DNA from: Callorhinchus milii | Taxonomy: Eukaryota | Length of the DNA: 64,000 nt | NCBI RefSeq assembly: GCF_018977255.1 | Contig: NW_024704749.1 | Span: 3,038,001-3,102,000 of the forward strand | Direction: 5' to 3' | Shown: in pieces, positions 23,531 through 37,476 of the stretch | How positions within the stretch are numbered: position 1 is the first letter of the stretch | Layout: each line of letters begins with the position of its first letter | Translations under genes and position numbers: made by a program | Notes under the pieces: generated by a model | Databases searched by the model: none | The model's input: only the letters and a program-made list of their open reading frames with translations | What the model was told of the DNA's origin: nothing

Positions 23531-26110
23531 CATCCCTGAGGGACACCGCACGAGACAGTGCGGGGGCAGTAGGTAAAGCCATTCGTGGAAACAAAGTGAA
23601 GACTGTGGGAGAGATACGACCTAAACCACTCAAGGACAGGGCCTTGAAGGTTGAGGTGGGAGGACAAGTGGTGGAGGAGGAGTGCATGGTCGACCGTATC
23701 GAATGCTGCCGATAGGTCAAGGAGGACGAGGAGGCAGTGGGAGCCCTAGTCACAGATGATCAGGATGTCATTGGTGACCTTGACCAGGGCAGTTTCTGTG
23801 CTATGGGCAGCACGGAAACCCGACTGAAGGGGTTCGAATAATGAATGGGTGGAGAGGAAAGAGCGCAGCTGGGAGGCGACAACTCGTTCCAGGACCTTGG
23901 ACAGGAAGGGGAGGTTGGAGATGGGCCGGTAGCTTGATAGCTGCGACGCATCAAGGGAGGGTTTTTTCAAGGTGGGAGTGATGGTGGCAGTTTTTAAGGG
24001 AATGGGAACAGAGCCAGAGGAGAGGGACAGGTTGACGATGTCTGTGATATGTGGGTCAAGGAGGTGGAGCTGGGAGATAAGGAGTGGAGTGGAGATGGGG
24101 TCAAGGGAGCAGGTGGTGGGTTTCAGCGATAGGATGAGTTTGGTGACAGAGGGTGGGAAAACGGGTACGAAAGTGTGTAGGGGAGGATGGGTAGGAGTCG
24201 GAGTGTGAGAGGGAGAGGGTGGGGGTTGGGTGGATGTTGGAGGAGAAGTGACTGCGGAACGAATTTCCTTAATTTTGGATTCAAGGAAATCCAGCATCTC
24301 CTCGCAGTGAAGGTTGGAGGAGATGACCTGCACTGGGTGGCGGGGGGGACAGAGGAGTCAGAATGTGGTAGAAAACAGTAGCCTGGGGTTGTTCTTCGCC
24401 TCCAGGATTATCCTGGAGTAGAAGGACGACTTGGCCGAGGCTAGAGTGGAGCGGTAGATTTTGAGGAGGTCCAGCCAGATTTGTCGGTGGACCGTTAGGC
24501 CAGATTTGACACAGGTGCGTTCAGCAGCCCGCACCTGGCTTTTCAGTGAGCGGAGGTGGGTGGTGAACCAGGGGGAGGAGCGAGAGTAGGAGACAGTACG
24601 GGAGGTGATGGGGGCAAGTGTATCGAGTGTGGAGGAGAGGGTGTTGTGGAGGAGGGTGAGAGGAGAAGAGGGGTCAGTGAGGGTTGAAGGCCAGAGGAAG
24701 TGGAGTTCAAGAGGACTCCAAGGCAACGGTTAGGGATTGTGGGGGTAACTTCTTCCAAGGGTGGTAGAAGATGGTGGTGGGTCTGGTGGAGGTGGGGAGG
24801 GGGGTGGAGGTGGTGAAGGAGATGAAGTGCTGGTCGGCCTTGTCGTTGATAGTGACATCTGAGACACTGAGACCCCGGTGATCACCAAGTCGAGTGGGTG
24901 GCCTTGACTGTGAGTGGGGGAGTTGATGTGCAGGGAGAGGTTGAGCGAGGAGAGCAGGGAAGAGAAGTCTGAGGAATTGGAGCAGGAGGGGGTGAAGTGC
25001 AGTTTGAAGTCGCCTAGGATGATGAGGCGATCAGAGCAGAGGCAGAGAGGTGTAAGAAGTGTCAAAATATTGAAGATGAAGGTGGGAGAGATTTTAGGGG
25101 GCCGGTAGAGGAGGAGGATTTTGAGCGAGACGAAGGAGGGGTGGGAGAGGGTGAGATGCTCGAAAGAGGGGAAAGAGCCAGAGGAGTAGGGCGATAGGGC
25201 AAGTGGTGTCCTTGAGATAAGGGCTACACCATCGCCATGGCGGTTGGGGCGGGGAATGTGGTGGGAGGTGTAGCCAGATTATGTGGCCTCCGTGAGGGGG
25301 AAGGTGTCGCCTGGGGTGAGCCAGGTTTCCGTTAAGGCCATGATGTCAACGCTCTCATCAAGGATGAGATCGTTGATGACCAGGGCCTTGTTACAGAGGG
25401 AGCGGACGTTTTGTAGTCCGATGTGGAGGGAGCGGTTGACAGAAGGGTGTGTGGGAGGGGAGGGGGGTCCAGGTTGTGAAGCAGGGGTGGGGGAAATGGG
25501 GATAATGGAGGAGAGGTTGGCTCCCCGGGTCTGTGTCCGGGGTGGCTGGCGAGTGTGGTGGGAAATGGGGCAGTCGGTGTAGCTGCTGCTGGACAGCCAG
25601 CTCCGAGTGCCACGGTGAGCCCGGCGGAGGATTCCCAGGCTGGAACAGAGGGAGGTTGTAGGAGGGTCAAGTGGGGATAGAAGGCGAGAGGGAAGGAAGG
25701 AGAGGAGGACAGAGCGGGAGAGATGCAGAGCGGGGAGGGTTTGGGGGTAGAGAGGAAGGAGGAGGGAGGGAGGGGGTGAGGGGCTTCAGGTCAAAGTGGC
25801 AGCCATAGTGCGCGTGCGGGGACCGGGAGTGAGCGGTCAGGTGGATGGCATTATCCCATAGGCTGGGGCTGGGGCAGCCAACCCAACAGGACCATAGTGG
25901 GCTCTGATGTGAGCCGTGGGGGTGGAGGGCGGGGCTGAGTATTTTTTTTTTTGCGCGCGCACACTCCTGAAAACTAAACTATGACATCAGCTCCGCCCCC
26001 ACCGCTTCCCTCCTGAACCCCACTAGCTGCACTCCCTGCCACTGCGACCTTAAATACCTGGGTAGATAGGCCCAGGCTCCTCCCCGCGCTGTCCTGCTGC
26101 CACTCCTCGT
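23530..26110 (-). mobile_element. L2 LINE retaining the 5' end, APE endonuclease and N-terminal RT, cut off at the GVPQG motif
   Basis: Reverse frames give IGLQNVRSLCNKAL...ALTETWL (EN), SYRPISNLPFLSKVLERVV, QSGFRAAHSTETALVKVTNDIL and VSCGVPQG, with stops and frameshifts. The 5' boundary is approximate. Confidence 0.87.
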
Positions 26111-29100
26111 GTGAAGGCTCATCTCAAGTCCTTTCTCTTTGACAATGCCTTGGTCATCATTCCACCCATCACCCTTGATTTGAATCCCTAGCAAACACTT
26201 GACTCTTCAGCATTTTGTGCAATAATCCCAGCATCAAGCGCACTATATCAATCCAATTTTTTGTTACAGTTGTGTGTCATGATCAGTCCCTTGCAGTATT
26301 GAGCAGGAATTTCCATAAGAGTTGTATAATTTTGATACATTGCCGTGTGGCCACCACAGCTCAAAATAGAGCACCACTAACCTTGCTTCTTTGACAGCAC
26401 ACCTCCAGCCCCCAATCACTACCTACCATTTGGGGGGTGGGATTGACACAAGATGATAATTCGGTAACTGCCAAGCACAGCTTTGACTTCTCATTAGGTA
26501 AACAACAGGTGCCATGATCTCAATTTCAGCCTCATCGTGACTGTATGAAAAGCTGAAGAGCACTGCCTTCCTCTTGCACGCAGATATGGGCAAAAAGCCA
26601 CATTAGACGTCACAATGGAGACTATGCAAGCCAGTAAAATTAAATTTATAAAATGTACAGTATATTCTCTATGGTGGCACCAAACAGGATAAACTACAAT
26701 GAATAAGTGATACAATATACTATCAAATTGGACATCTGTCATGATTTGTATCTGCTAATCTAGGGCTGACACAACAGTCCTTTATTGAAGGTAGGGGTGC
26801 ATTACCTGCTTGACCCATCATCAACAGGTGGGCCTTCAGCCTGTTTGGCCCCAACCTTGAGAACTCCATTCAGGAATCACTTCCCCTTTCCCTGTCTTCC
26901 GTCCTTGAAGGCTAATCTCAACTCTTTCCTCTTTGACTGTAGTTTGGTCATCCTGCCTTCTCATCCCCCTTGATTCAAATTGCAGTTCTGGTGCAAATGC
27001 TGGTGCAACCAAGTGACATGTGAGCCTTTGTATTACCGTGTGAATCACTTGAGAGCATCACTACCATCCTCCTGACCAAAATGTGGGCACACAGCCTTGT
27101 TAACACTCATAATGGAGAATACATAACCTGGTAAAATTTTACTTCTAATGTGCATATCCCCTCAGGTGGCACCAAGCAGGGTATTCTACAATAAATAATT
27201 CATACAATCTAATATCAAATTGAACTTCTGTCATGATTTCTATCCAATAATCTAGGGCTGTCATTGTTGAGGGCAGTGGTGCATTATCAGAGGTTTCATT
27301 TTTTGAATAATAAATAATAATCCTTCCATTTGATGTAGCGCTTTCATGTCTTCTAGACATCTCAAAGCATCTCACAGAGTAGTCTGTAAAGTGAATTGAC
27401 TGTATATTTGTGGGCGAAATGCGGCTGCCAATTGCGCACAGAAGTGTCGCACAAACAGTTATGGATTGAAATGACCAATTTATTATTCTTTTTTCTTGAG
27501 GAATTATTATCAGGCGTGTGGAGTAAGGAAACTTGCCCAAGATTTCACCATCTGGAATCAGACCGAGGTCTCTCAATCGCAAAGCGAGTGCTTTAACCAC
27601 TGAGCTACCAGACTCCACAATGAGATGCTAAACTAAGTTGCTATTCCTTCAGGTAGACATAAATGTTTCTGTCACATTAATTGAAAAGCAAAGGAACTTA
27701 GTCATACATAAGTTAAATCACTTTTTCAGTTCTAGATTCAAAAACAACAGTAACTTCCAAATATATAGTGATCACCATGCAGAGTAGCATCTCGGGGAGC
27801 TTGATTTCTTGTGCTACAAGTTGCTGCTGCAAATATCTACAGTGTTTGGATATAAAAACAGTCACTACAGGTAGGAACTAAGTGAGTTGCTTTCATAAGA
27901 CCAACACAAATGAAACTGTCACTCATTCAGAATTGTTGCCTCTGTGAGAGTGAGGAATCTGTTTTATTTATTGTGAGACATTGCCCTCTACGGATCGAGT
28001 GTTTGAGTTGAACATGATTCTCCTGCTCCTCGCTTTGTTCTGGTCTTTCATAATGTACGAATGCTTGGGTAGAAATACAAAATTGGTCAAAAAATACTCT
28101 ATTAAACTATCATATGAAAGTTGCCAACCTGTTCAATTCATATTTAACTTTGAGAATGGCTGTTTGTAGTTCAATAGACCCAGGTGGAACTTCTACTGAA
28201 ATATACAAAGGTTAGGGAATTTGATTTCTTTATTTCTCATATGAACAGGAAGAGGGGTAAAAATCGGTTATTTGATACTGCTGACGTCTTTACAATTATG
28301 CCGATTTCAAAGGAAAAAATTTAAATACTCGAACATATATAGTTACATTGTTATCGTTAAAGTGATATCCCAATTATCCTTTTCTGAAAACAACACTTTA
28401 CACCGTATCGAAATGTATTCTCAATGCGCTACAGATATTACGACCAGTAAAATCAAATCTAAAATATTCCTCAAAAATGGCCAAAGTAACCTGTTGAATC
28501 CACTTCCCCCATTAAAGAACAAACAATATTTGCAGTTTTGACTCACAAATTAGCCCATGATTCAGAATGCGTCAACGTAGATGTCGGACCTGGTTGGTCC
28601 TGATAACCATTCATAACCATTAATATATTCAAATTTGCAGATTAAGAGAATAGCTATATCTTGTGAACGTAGGAGACAATCTGCGTACTGTCGGTTATGT
28701 TGAGCGATTCAACAATCATGGGTTCTATTGGTTCCTTCAATTGTACTATTCAGTTCTAACGAATCAATTCTCCTGATTCAAACATAAATACCGATTATTA
28801 CACTATCTTCATTTAGGGGTTAATTTCATATGAGATTGATAAGTTTACGATTTTAGAAGTTTATTGAAAAGATGTTGTAAACTACTATACTACAACATTA
28901 CCTACTGTTAATGGGACGTTGCAGATACGTTGTTGTCTAGTTATCCTCCTGTCATAGATCCAATTAAATAATCCAATGTTTTATACTTACTTAAATATTA
29001 AAGTACAACGATACAGTGTATAATTTGATTTGAAGGTTGCAATAAGGGGAAAACATTAACATGAAATAATGCAAACTTGAGCTGTTGAAATAAACTGCAT

Positions 29101-30326
29101 TGACAACTGTACGTGTTAAACAGTCATCGAAATGCTGCAAAGAGGAAGTTGGTTTCTCAACAGCAGGATTGGGGCACGCCAGTACCCACAAGATGGGGGG
29201 GGGGGGGGGTGGCTGGGGGACGAGGAGTAAATCTTCCTTGAGCTTTTGGGAGTGGGTACACCTTCTCGTTTCATTTGCATCTGATTGGCTGATGGACACG
29301 TAGCTTTTAAATATGTTGTCACTCCACTTAGCAACATAAAAGCTTAGTTTAAGTAAACAGTTACGCAGACACGCTGATTTGGATCTATAGACATTGGTGG
29401 GCTGCAGAGGGAGGGGGCAAAATTAGTCAGTGAATTAGTATCTAAACCCTGGATGGATTTTCGCCAATTTTGGTGCAGAACATTTCACATGCTTCGCCTG
29501 TAAGAACCATTAAATGAATTCATCTTTAACTTTGTGCAATATTTCAAATTCACTTTAATTTTAATTCATTTTCAGTTCAACTTCAAAGTGGGTTCTTTTT
29601 AAGAATGTCATGAAACGACTGCCAGATAACGCCCGGAATTAATATTTTTCCCAAATTCTGTGCAACACATTTTACATTTTAGGACGCAATAGTTTGGGGA
29701 CTACAATTAACTAAACCCAATTACAGCCGCTGACGCCTCTGTGCCACTCTCTGCAGAATAAGTCTGAGGCAGGACAGCAAAATGCTGAATGTGCTATTCG
29801 TGTTCCTTTGTGTGTGTATAACTTCCTGGTGGAATATTTCTTCCCGTGTGACGGCATTCTGTGCTTTTTCCAGTTTATTACATATTCAATGTTTATCTAA
29901 ATATTCATATATGAATAAAAAATAAACCTAGTGGTTAGAGGAAACATGAACGAAATCAAGAAAAGAAATGGAAGAAAAAGAGCCGATGCACAGAGGACAA
30001 TGGAAGAGGCACTTTATTAAGCTGTGGTATATGTTATTTCTATAATTTTACACAAGGGGTTTCATCGTTATAGCGTGAACACATTGTAAGATACAACCAT
30101 TCAATTCCAGCAAACTGACAAATATTATTCTTGCCGGTTTTAATGCAAAACTTGAAACATCTAAATGCTATTTCCTTCGGTGGGGAATTTGACCGAAAGT
30201 CTTTACAAAGCAAGTCAGTTGCTCAATTTGGACATTCCTAGCAATATTAACTTCAATTCCAAAATGCTACAATCACAAGTAGTATTATCAAAGGTAGATA
30301 TTCGATTAGCGCTCCACATTCCTGGT

Positions 30327-30649
30327 TTAGGTACAACTGGATCTGGCGATGCTTTTTTCGAGCGGAATCGCCAGACTTTCGTGTTTGACCACACAGGAAT
30401 ACAGGTCGTGTGACTCCCACTCGGAGGTTGGCAGAGTCAGATAACTGCTCACACTGTACGTGTTGTCCGCCTGCTGTTTGATCGCACTCGTTTCAACACC
30501 TTCACTTGTGGCACCGCCATCCACAGTCCACTCGACCTCCACAGCTCCCGGGATAAAATCATTCACCAGACACACCAGGGTCGCCTTGCTCTTTGCTGTG
30601 ATTTGATCTGGTGAAGGCGGAAGGACAGTCACCGAAGGGCCCCGCGGTT
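30327..30649 (-). CDS. IGLC: Ig lambda-like C exon, cluster 3
   Basis: AG acceptor at 30651-30650; (K)PRGPSVTVLPPS...RSSCT*. Confidence 0.97.
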
Positions 30650-32382
30650 CTGGAAGGGAAAAAATATTATTCAGATCATGTCCATTGTATTGTATGATTA
30701 ATTAAAATAGTTGAAATTAAATTTCTTAACATTTTAAAATTACAATCGTCCTGTACAATCGCACGACACAACTTCATGTTCGCTAATAAATACTACATAC
30801 CGTAATTCAACTTTTGCGTAAATGGTAAAACATTTTCTTGTCTATTGACGTACCTTTCAATTGTGACAAAGTCTATCTATATCAAGGGAACAATCAGTGT
30901 TGGGTTCACGGCTGATAGACAAATGTCTGGGGGCTGCTCATCATACACCGCTCATTATTATACATACTATCATTAGTTGGCTGGTGAGCGGTTAAATGAG
31001 GACAACAGGTTCAAATATTCCCGTAATGAAGAAATTAAAGACGACAGTTATCAGAAATAACACCAGACACTACATATATATCCCGTCACAGGGAATATGT
31101 GGTGGGAACACCTGATTGAAAGCGCAGTAAAACATTATTCTAATTGTAACTATTGTTTCCCTTCACAGAGGAGAGAACGTGCAGCAAATGGATATAAATA
31201 TCTGGGTGTGTTTGCAACTGACCACTCCTTTCCTATTACCTCTGTGTAAATGTAAAAACGCTTTATTCGGCTTTCAATCCAATTTTGCGCAAACTAACCT
31301 TCCTTGAGAAGGCAGATGCTAACCTTTGAACGACGTTGGGATTAGAAAATCGCTATTCGCCAACGTAGGTCGTTTGTTTTTAATACATCAAAATGTGATT
31401 ATTTATCAATACAATCAGAATATTAGAAATTCTCAAAATCAAATTGAATCTTTTTGGAGCGACTGTGACATACCGATAAACACAACAGCCAAATGCTTTC
31501 ACCCCATCTATAAATAAACAATTCCATCATTGATGTTTCTTTACAGGCACCGGCAGCAGATAGTAACAACGTGAAAATCTCTTTTGACCAAACACTGTAC
31601 ACAGAAAATCAATTCAGGAGCACAATCAGATTCCAATATTTCAATCGCTGCGGAGAGTAACTTCACAAGTCTTCAATAATTCAGTTCGCACCGTATTTAC
31701 TGAATTTAGTCCTAATAATAGCGCACTACATTGAAAGTTAATACGTAGGTTGGGATCCCCTTAACGTCACAACTAATAGGAAACAAAAAGTTAATTTCCA
31801 AGTGAGAAAATATATTTTGTGTGTTGAGCGGATTGAGCCGTCTCTCGGGCTGTGTCTTCACTCAGTGTTGATAATATCTGAACAATTACAGCCACTTGTG
31901 ATGGAACATGTGACATTACCGAGTCTTTGCTGTTCGTTGCAATTGTGCTCCCCTTGGTGACATGAAACACGGAATTGGGAGAAAATAAAACATTTTAAGA
32001 AATCCAAAGAGAAATCTGCAGAAAACGTTAAAAAAGAAGCGTTTGTTAACGGGAGAAGTAATATTTCCACGTCATGCTATTCCTCTGAGACTTTTTACCC
32101 TTGCTGGTTTTCTGCACTATCCGTCCTAATTCTTCACAGATTCTCAGTTAAACTCAGCATTCGTATGTTTGATTCTTCAAAATATCCGATTTCCAAATAA
32201 AAAGATTATCATTGCGAAGATTATAGCCAGATGCAAATATTACCAGAACAGATTGAAACAGAATCCAACACAGATGCACATACAATTATACTGTGGAACC
32301 TATGAATGAGAACCAGATCAAAATAATTATTGAAAAGTCGAAACAACCACATGTAAAGTGTACAATATCAAAGATCACTTAC

Positions 32383-32733
32383 TTTTCAAACTCAGCTTGG
32401 TCCCTTGACCGAAAAAGAAGTTATACGGACTGCCGCTCTCCCTGGCACCACAGTAGTAATCGGCGGCGTCCTCCGGTTGCACACCGCTGATGGTTAAATG
32501 CATGGCGTTGCTCGATGTGTCCTTAGAACCAGTGAATCGATCAGGAATACCCGGACCTCTTGTGGAGAGTTCATACCAAACAAACACAGGGGCGCTGCCA
32601 GGGTTCTGCCGATACCAGCTCGTGTATTCGGTGGCGATGGTGGCTCCGGATATGGTACAGATGATCGTGACCGTGTTTCCCGGGGAGGTTGAGATGGACG
32701 ATGGCTGAGTCAGAGTAAGGGCTGCGGTTGTGC
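32383..32733 (-). CDS. IGLV: Germline-joined VJ exon, cluster 3 (CDR3 GARESGSPYNFF)
   Basis: Open frame ALTLTQPSSISTSPGNTVTIICTISGATIATEYTSWYRQNPGSAPVFVWYELSTRGPG...YYC...FGQGTKLSLK; donor at 32382. The spliced product is 240 aa. Confidence 0.96.
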
Positions 32734-32823
32734 CTGGTGAGATAACAAATCATACATAGGTCAGATTGTTAAACTGTACAAAGTGAGTTTAATTCCAATC
32801 AATGCGGATTCTGCAGCGCTTAC

Positions 32824-32872
32824 CATGTAGACAAAGGGACAAAGCGACCAGAACTCGGAGCCAATTGCCCAT
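32824..32872 (-). CDS. IGLV: Leader exon, cluster 3 (MGNWLRVLVALSLCLH)
   Basis: ATG at 32872, GT donor, 90-nt intron. Confidence 0.93.
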
Positions 32873-32964
32873 TCTGAACAATTTGATGAAGATCAGAGAG
32901 ATGAGGGATTTTCCAGACAAAATCCACTTTTCTGCTTCTTTCTAAACGTCTCCTTAAGAACCAT

Positions 32965-33007
32965 CAGGTGATGTAAGTCCAATTAAAATTTTAAATTATG
33001 CAAATCA
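32965..33007 (-). promoter_or_regulatory. VL promoter, cluster 3 (octamer 32998-33005, E-box 32965-32970)
   Basis: Same motifs and spacing as the other clusters. Confidence 0.88.
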
Positions 33008-34210
33008 CCATCCAGGTTGCATCGTCCAATACGAGTCCTGGTTTCGAACAGCATATTGAAGATCATGCAGATTTGAGTCATTTTACTGCCCATTTTCGAA
33101 AAGATATTTCATGGTAATATTCCATAACATTTCACCCTGAAGATTTTGATAGAAGGAAGCTCATTTTCATTTCCAGTATAAAATAGAGATTTTTTAAATA
33201 GCACAAACTTCATTTTTTTTCAGAATCGTGGAAAAGTCTTATTCTATTAAATATTTGGATACTTCATGGCTTTGTACCAGATGAATCCTGCAAGATCTCT
33301 TGCTCATGTTTAAAGGGAATTGATTTGTTGTGAAGCTTGTTCCATGTTGGATAATTTGTAGGTCCGAACGATTCATCATTTCATTCGGTTACAGCTTCCA
33401 CACTCACATGCCACACCTGACCTGATGCAGACCTGCACAGAAAGCCACATTTGACAGCCGGTGCCAGCATTCCTCAAACTACGTATACGGATTATAGATT
33501 TTTGAAAATTATATAAATTGTCCAAGTCATCCCTTGGGCTGAATAAGAGATTGGTTCAAAATCGTTTGATGCTAGAAGAAAGCTTCTACCACGAAACGCA
33601 ACAACGCTGAAGGGAAAATAATCCTTGCATTTGATATAGCGACTTTTCACATCTTCTAGACATCTCAAAGCACTTCACAGAATATACTGTAATGTGAGTT
33701 GACTCTATATTTGTGGTCGAAGTGCGGCAGCCAATTGCACACAACAGCGTCCCACAATCAATCGTGGATTGAAGTGTCCAATTTATTATTTTTTTCTTGA
33801 GGGATTATTATCAGGTGTGTGGAGTAAGGAAACTTGCCCAAGGATTCGCCCTGCCGGGAATCGAACCCGGGTCTCTCGCTTGCAAGGCAAGTGCTCTAAC
33901 TATTGATCTACAGGACTCCAGCCAGGAGGGCAGCTCCACATTTAGAGGTAGGTGTTTATGATACAAAATTGACGTCGTGTTTGGCCTGTCCGTAACATCG
34001 AAGAGCAATGGCACAGATGACATACAAGGTGCCCAGGCCTTGGCTGTAGCCCACCTGTACCAACTACATTCCACAATCAGGTAATTGGTGTGACACAGAG
34101 AGGCGCTATGGAATTCCACCCCAGTCACAGGGAAATTGTGGTGTAAGTGTGGCACAAACACATCGCAGGTAGAATGCTACAGCGGCTGTCGTTTGTTATC
34201 CCCCCACCCT

Positions 34211-34211
<1 letters not shown>

Positions 34212-34252
<41 letters not shown>

Positions 34253-34259
34253 ACACACA
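34212..34259. repeat. (CA)n microsatellite; paralogues at about 46603-46652 and 58960-59018
   Basis: Directly visible. Confidence 0.95.
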
Positions 34260-37152
34260 GATAGACATATTTGTTTGTTTATGGTTTTTGATATTTAAAA
34301 ATAACAATAAGCCTTGCATTTGATATAGAGCTGTTCAGGTCTTCTAGACTTCTCAATGTGCTTCACAGAATAGACTGTACATTGAATTGACTGTATATTT
34401 GAGGGGGAAATGCGATAGCCAATGGCGCTCAGCAGTATCCCACAAACAGTCATAATTTGAAGTGACTCATTTATTATTGTTTTGTTTCCTTGAGGGATCA
34501 TTATCAGGCATGTGGAGTAAGGAAACTTGCCAAGGTTTCTCCCTGCCAGAAATTGAACTGAGGTCTCTCGTTTGCAAAGCAAGTGCTCTAACCACTGAGC
34601 TTCAGGACTCGACTTATTTTTTCTTCCGCCAAGGGGATTTTCCTGGCGACACTCGTGGAAGGAAAAAGATAGATTTGAGTTGATACTGTAAATGAGTGAC
34701 CGGAAGTTTTGCTTTGATATCTTCACACAGGAATCTGGCCATTTTTCTGATAAAACATTAGCAATTGTAAATCTATATTTTCTTCCAGGGAACAGACATA
34801 CAATGGCATCAAAATATAAAAACTCAATTCTGATACTATGGACCTGTTGCCTGTAGCTATGATGTAAGGTGACATGGAGTGAGAAGTGTGAAAGCAGATT
34901 TATGTTCCTCAAACTCCTGAAGGAAGGAAAGTGCTCAAGTATAGATTTCCATCAGCATTCCCACTGGCTTGTATTCAATACTGTGCATGCGCTGATCCAA
35001 TACACATTTGTGATCCGTGAATGTCAATTGGCTTGTACATGCGAAGAATCAGAGAGCAGCTTTCATTTTGAAAAGTATTCCTACAGTACATCTATTCTGC
35101 TAGAAATGAAATACATAAATAACAATACTTATCAGGAAATCCCCATCATTGCATTGCAGCAGGTAATTCACTCAGGTCTTCAGTTTTGTTAGCATTATTT
35201 TGGGAAGAAGTCAAATTTCCACCTATTCACAGGACATAGAAACATGTCATTGTAGGTAAGAAACGTACCATTTGGCCCATCCTAAATGTATCCTCATTTT
35301 GAAGGATAGCTCATTTACAAATAAACATGCATTCAAGCTCTTCCTTTATATACCTCAATGTTTTTATTTTTCAGCGATCAACCCCTGGATGAGAGCTAAC
35401 TTTCTCAAATTAAAAGTTGAAAGGCTGGAGATCCTCTTGCTTGGCTCCAGTCAGCATATTCTCATCTCAGGCTCTGACAACGTCACTATTGACACATGCA
35501 CATTCCACTTCACGGAGCCAATACTGATGCTTGGTGGCATGTTCGACCCTCACCCATCCTTTATTCCCATATCAGTGATACGAACCATTTTGCGTTCTCA
35601 TACTTTCACGACATTGTCCAACTTTGCCACTGCCTCTCCCTTCATGCTGCCAATACCCTCATTCATGCATTCATCATGTCCAGTCCCTATTATGTTAACC
35701 CACTGCTCAGCAGATTTCCCAACTCTTCCCTCCACAGCGTAAAGGTTATTCAGAACTCTGCAACTATGCCACACCAAGCTCCATGAGCTGATCGCCCCCA
35801 CCCTCACAGAAGTGTACTGTCTCCCTGACCTACAAAGGAACAAGTTGAAGATCCTCATCCTTACATTAAACGTCCTCCACTTTATTGGCCCTTAAGCACC
35901 TTACCAACATTTCTGCTCCATTCGCTTAGCAGGCACTGATCTGCAACATGTCGACCGCCCCACCATCAATAGTCAGGAATTCAGCCTTTTTCATGCCACC
36001 TTCTGGAACTCCATTCAGGAATCTCTCCACCTTGCCCTGACTTCCCTCCTTGAAGGCTCCAATCAAGTCCTTTCTCTTCAGTATTCATTCCACTCCATCA
36101 CCTTTGATCCAAACACTAGGATACCCTTGACTGTTCAACATTTTGCAACGTAATACCAACATGAAACGCATGATATCAATGCAATTTGTTTTTGTAGTTG
36201 TGTGTTATCATTAATGGCCTGTACTATGATAGAGGATCAGCCATAAGAGTGACATCATTTTGATAGTCTGAAGTACATTGCCATGTGGCCACCTCAGCTC
36301 AAAATAGACTCCCACTAAGCTTGTTTATTTGCCCGTGCAACTCAAACCCTCATGCACTACCTACCCATTTTGGGGGGTGGGAGGGCGGGGGGAGGGAGGA
36401 ATTGACACAAGATGATGTTAGCTAGCAAGCACAGTTTGAGTCCTTATTAGGTAAACAAAATGTGCCATGATCATATAAAATGCTTAAGACCACTATCTTC
36501 CTCCTGTGCACAGATACGGGCCAAAGCCCTGTTAGCCTTCATAATGGAGAATAGGCAATGCAGTAAAATTAAACAGATAATATGTACAGTATATTTCCTC
36601 TGGTGGCACCAAACAGTGTAATCTACAAGAAATAAATGCTACAAAATACTATCAAATTTGATGTCTGTCATGAATTTTATGTGCCTTGGTCATCCTTTCA
36701 CCCATCCCCCTTGATTACAATCGCAGCTCATCTGCAAATTCTTGACTACCCAACATTTTGCTAGGTCATCCCAACATGAAACACACAACATAAATGCATT
36801 TTTTCTTGCATTATCAATGCCTTATTCCATGGTGGAGTGCTTGCCATTATGATTAGACTAATTTTGACAGTCAAAAGTATACTGTCTTGAAGCCATCTCA
36901 TCTCAAAGGAGTCCCCACTAACCTCACTTCTGCCCCACACCTCCGCCCGCTGGAACGATTGACATGAGTTGGAGATTCACTATCCATCAAGCACAGTTTT
37001 CATCATTCAGTGGGTGAACTGCTGATACCAGCAACTCCATGTGAGCCTCTGTATTACCATGTGAAACACTTGAGAGCATCACTGCCATCCTCCTGACCAA
37101 AGTGTGGGCACATGGCTATGATAACCCTCATAATGGAAAATGCACAACCCGG

Positions 37153-37476
37153 TAATAATAATAATAATCCTTGCATTTGATATAGCGCTTTTCACGTCGG
37201 GAGGACGTCCCAAAGCGCTTCACAGAACACACTGTAAAGTGAATTGACTGTATATTTGTGGGCGAACGCGGCAGCCAATTGCGCACAGCAATGTCCCACA
37301 AACAGTCGTAGATTGAAAATGACCAATTTATTATTGTTTTTGGTTTTGGAGGGATTATTATCAGGCTCTGTGCGGAGTAAGGAAACTTGCCCAAGGTTTC
37401 GCCCTCTGCCTGGAATTGAACTCAGGTCTCTCACTTGCAAAGCGAGTGCTCTAACCACTGAGCTACAGGACTCCAC
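37153..37476 (-). mobile_element. tRNA-Ala-derived SINE, young full-length copy
   Basis: Nearly identical to the 10456 copy; the empty site CTGGTAAAATTAAAC is present in paralogous spacers (for example about 14290). Confidence 0.9.

Noticed and set aside
22850-26110. Inverted L2 pieces suggesting twin priming
   Set aside because: The junction joins 3' ends, and the plus-strand piece pre-exists in paralogous spacers, so these are two separate events.
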